Shown here piece by piece: positions 60,970-64,000 of a stretch of 64,000 bases of DNA (position 1 is the first letter of the stretch; every line of letters begins with the position of its first letter). Below the pieces are notes generated by a model. It searched no databases. It was not told the origin of the DNA and saw only the letters and a program-made list of their open reading frames with translations. Both the position numbers and the translations under genes were made by a program. The DNA comes from Strigamia acuminata (taxonomy: Eukaryota): the NCBI GenBank assembly GCA_949358305.1, contig OX442314.1, positions 30,504,001 to 30,568,000 on the forward strand, read 5' to 3'.

Positions 60970-62424
60970 TACATGTTGCCAGTTTTATAAAAGAGTTAAA
61001 ATTTTCACACTCAAAATTTAAACTTAAAATACACTTAAACTAAAATTGTTAAAACACAAGTTTTTTTTATTGGTGTGTTAGTTTTTAATATCGCATCGAG
61101 TTTCACTGCAGTGGAAGTCAGAATGTCATTTCTGTAGTTTTCGCAGTTCTTGGTGCGAATGCAATTGAAAATGATGCTTTTCAAATGCAGTTAGGGTGAA
61201 CGTAGTTATATATAAGACACTTGCGCAGCATTGGATTAAAATACTGACCAAATGAATCGGCAACATACTGACAAGAAAGAATGTCAAGGTTGATGATTTG
61301 CACTTTTGCGCTGTGCAGCTAAGTGGCATGTAAATAGCTGTGAGTTGTGACTACTTCATACATGATTGGGCGTGTTTTGAGAAGAGCAGTGCTTACTGAA
61401 TAAATAAACTACAAGTGTAAGCGACAAGACTTGATTATCCTGTTTGGAACAAATTTAACATAAAAAAAAGAAGTTTGATTTTTTTTTGTATCTCGACCAA
61501 AACAAGAAATCCAAAATGGCCGGAGACATCCGTAGAAACCGCGATGGAAATCGTCCGATCCAATTTTGGAAAAGTCGTAAACATGGCGATGTCTTGTACG
61601 TGTTTTTCAATTTATTGTACGTTGAAATTTATGGCGTTTAACACGTTTGTTCTTCGAACTTGCCGACCGACATTACGTTCTTCGGGTTTTCTAATGTCGT
61701 GTAGAAAGCAAATGGATCTTGACGAGTTTTTTCTTCTTTTACTACTTGAAGTACTCCAGAAGTTGTTTAGCTTTTCATAGCACTTTGAAAAAGGGAAAAA
61801 AGTTATTGCAGTTTTGCTGGAAAAACTTTTTTTTTTAAAAGCGTCGTTGGGAACATCGAGTCGGTCACACACTTAATGGGTTTGTATGTTTAAAAATAAA
61901 ATTTACATTCAAGACATCAGAATTTTTTATTTTTTTTATTTTTTTTATTTTTTTTTTGGTTAAGTTAATGTGCACAGGATGTGCACTTTTCTAGTTCTAT
62001 TACCTCAAATTAAGTGCTCATTTCAACACCGATTGTTGATAAGTGCATTTTATCACGCGAATACTTAAAATCCTTTGCATTAGGTGGATAATTTTCGCTG
62101 CTAGTGGATTATTAACCGGTATATTTGCAACATCGGCTGCCAGGGGGAAATAAAATGGCATTTTAACATAATCTACAGCGGTGTTTGCAAAAGCGGGGTT
62201 CGGGAGGCTGCGAGTCCACAAATAAGTTTGGTACAAATAAGTCAGGTGCGTAATTGATTAATTATTTAAAATTTTAAAAATCCGATCCAATCCAAAAAAT
62301 TTCGGATAAACCAATTATCCAATCCTATCCGAAAAAAATGGTGGCCCATCCAATCCTATCCTCATTTAATTCAAACCGACTGCGGATTGCGGATAGGATT
62401 TGAGTCCCAAGCGCCCAAACGTCT

Positions 62425-62585
62425 CAAACTGATGAATTAAGTACAAAAATGACCAAAAACTGATGAATTAAGTGAAAAATGACCAAAAACTGATGAATTA
62501 TGTGCAGAAATGATCAAAAAAAGTTTAAAAAGAGCAAAAATGACCAAAAACGGATGAATTGCGTGCAAAACTGACCAAAAAAGTG
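62425..62585. repeat. 30-bp tandem repeat
   Basis: TGATGAATTAAGTGAAAAATGACCAAAAAC. Confidence 0.75.
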
Positions 62586-64000
62586 GAAAAAAAACATAAA
62601 AATTTAAAATAAAGTGCATTTAAATTGGTTTTTATGAAAAACCTTTATTGGACTTATTCCACAGTGTTTTGGGATGTTAAAAAAAATTGTTTTTGGAATC
62701 CTGTGAATAGATTTTTGAGCCACTGTAGAGGAACAAGACATTGGTTTTTTGTTTGATGTAATTTGTAATGAGGTCAGACGGGCCGGATTGAGTGTTTTCA
62801 TGTGAACAATCGTGTGGATTAGTTACTGCAAATACATCTCACATTTTAAAATGCTCGCTTTTGAAATGTTTTTAGCTTTGCTGAGCTCTGGTACTGAATT
62901 TGATGCATTTCTACGAGACTTACAGTGGATTTGATGCACATTTTGTGCATTTACAATGTGAATGATGCATTGCTATTGGATTTATACAGTGGCTTTGATG
63001 CACAACTGGATTTGAGTGGATTTATATGGATAGCCATTTTGCTCAGTAACATGTGCAATAAATCTTGTGTGATGCAATTTTAAACTCGACACGAAAATGG
63101 AGGTCAATTTTTTTTTCTCTCTTGTGATATAAAAAAGAGATAAACAAGTCTTGGGAGATGTCTGTATTTGGCAGATGACATTAATGAAAATAGCGAATGT
63201 CCGTTCCGTCTTTTATCTCCTTTGGCTGAAGAAGCGAGCGAGAGAAAGTGTGGAAACCAAAGAGACTTTAATTAGACTTTCTTGATGAAACTAGCTCTCA
63301 GTGACAAGACAAGAAATTGAAAGCTAAAGGGGCGGAATCTCTTGGGAAATGATACACTTGAAGTGTGAATTGTGTGGATAAAATGTGGCTAGTAATGAAA
63401 ATTTGTGCAATTTTTTTTAATATATCTTTTTGGGGATTAGGTGTATCAATGTGCATGTGCAAGAGATTAGGAGAAGAAGAATAGGCAGATTATTTTTAGA
63501 TGAATTGGGGATGGAGGCAGGAAATTAATTGGGGGAACGAGTAATTTAATCTGGTTGTGAAAGGCATTAGTTGACTCGTGGTTCCATTTGAAAAGCCCAA
63601 TGAGATGGCATGGTGGGCTTTCGCATTTAATCTTACGCAAGATAAAACAGAAAAATTTGCTTCCTGATAGCGTTAGAGAGCGAGATAAAAATTAAAAACA
63701 ATAAGTGCTTTCGGAGTTTGTGTTTGTGTGGTTTTTGTTGTGTCTATGTAGAGGGAAAAGGAGAAATTGTGGCGTGGTTAGTGAAGCTAGAGAGCGAATT
63801 TTATTGGATTACCTGTAGGTGGCACTAAACACGAGGCACAAAAGTGGAATTAGAAATTTTGGCGAATGGTGTTTTCACTTTTAGTGGCATGTCAATTAAA
63901 CGCATTACAAGGGGTTTTTAAGCGGCTGTAAAGTAAATTGGGAACAATATAAAGGCTAGTTCACGTGCATGAAGTTGAACCAAGTTGATGTCAAAACTGC

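Noticed and set aside
1..64000. U12-type introns, rRNA/tRNA genes, reverse transcriptase or viral ORFs
   Set aside because: All reconstructed introns are ordinary GT-AG. No such RNA gene or retroelement coding motif was recognised by eye, though small ncRNAs could be missed without a covariance-model search.

Overview
Eukaryotic, AT-rich, intron-rich animal DNA, probably a non-vertebrate bilaterian. An interstitial (TTAGG)n tract and the Ssdp mini-exon sequence hint at an arthropod, but the species cannot be fixed from sequence alone. Four spliced protein-coding genes can be read by hand, arranged as two head-to-head pairs joined tail-to-tail. (1) Minus strand: the 5' part of a signal-peptide-bearing, Cys-containing secreted protein resembling the PTHR22255/DUF7044-type family (exons 9586-9655 and 1072-1249; runs off the left edge). 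(2) Plus strand: a complete 16-coding-exon SARA/endofin (ZFYVE9/16) gene, 10817-19648, about 1182 aa. (3) Minus strand: a complete 5-exon ATG10, 20117-27802, 212 aa. (4) Plus strand: the first 7 exons of Ssdp/SSBP2-4, 28630-57965, running off the right edge with very large introns. The introns carry many non-autonomous DNA transposons (pogo/Tigger, PIF/Harbinger-like, hAT), often nested, and many unrelated A/T-tract tandem arrays. Most notable observations: the ZFYVE9/16-ATG10-SSBP neighbourhood mirrors human 5q14.1/1p32.3; regulatory-looking islands are repeatedly bracketed by mirror-image A/C-rich (left) and G/T-rich (right) flanks; tandem-repeat unit lengths cluster near multiples of the helical repeat; RFX X-boxes and CTCF-like motifs cluster around Ssdp; and gene 1 has a possible dual-frame first exon. 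No prokaryotic-type system (CRISPR, operon, retron) and no rRNA or tRNA gene was seen. All homology calls are from recalled protein motifs, not database searches.
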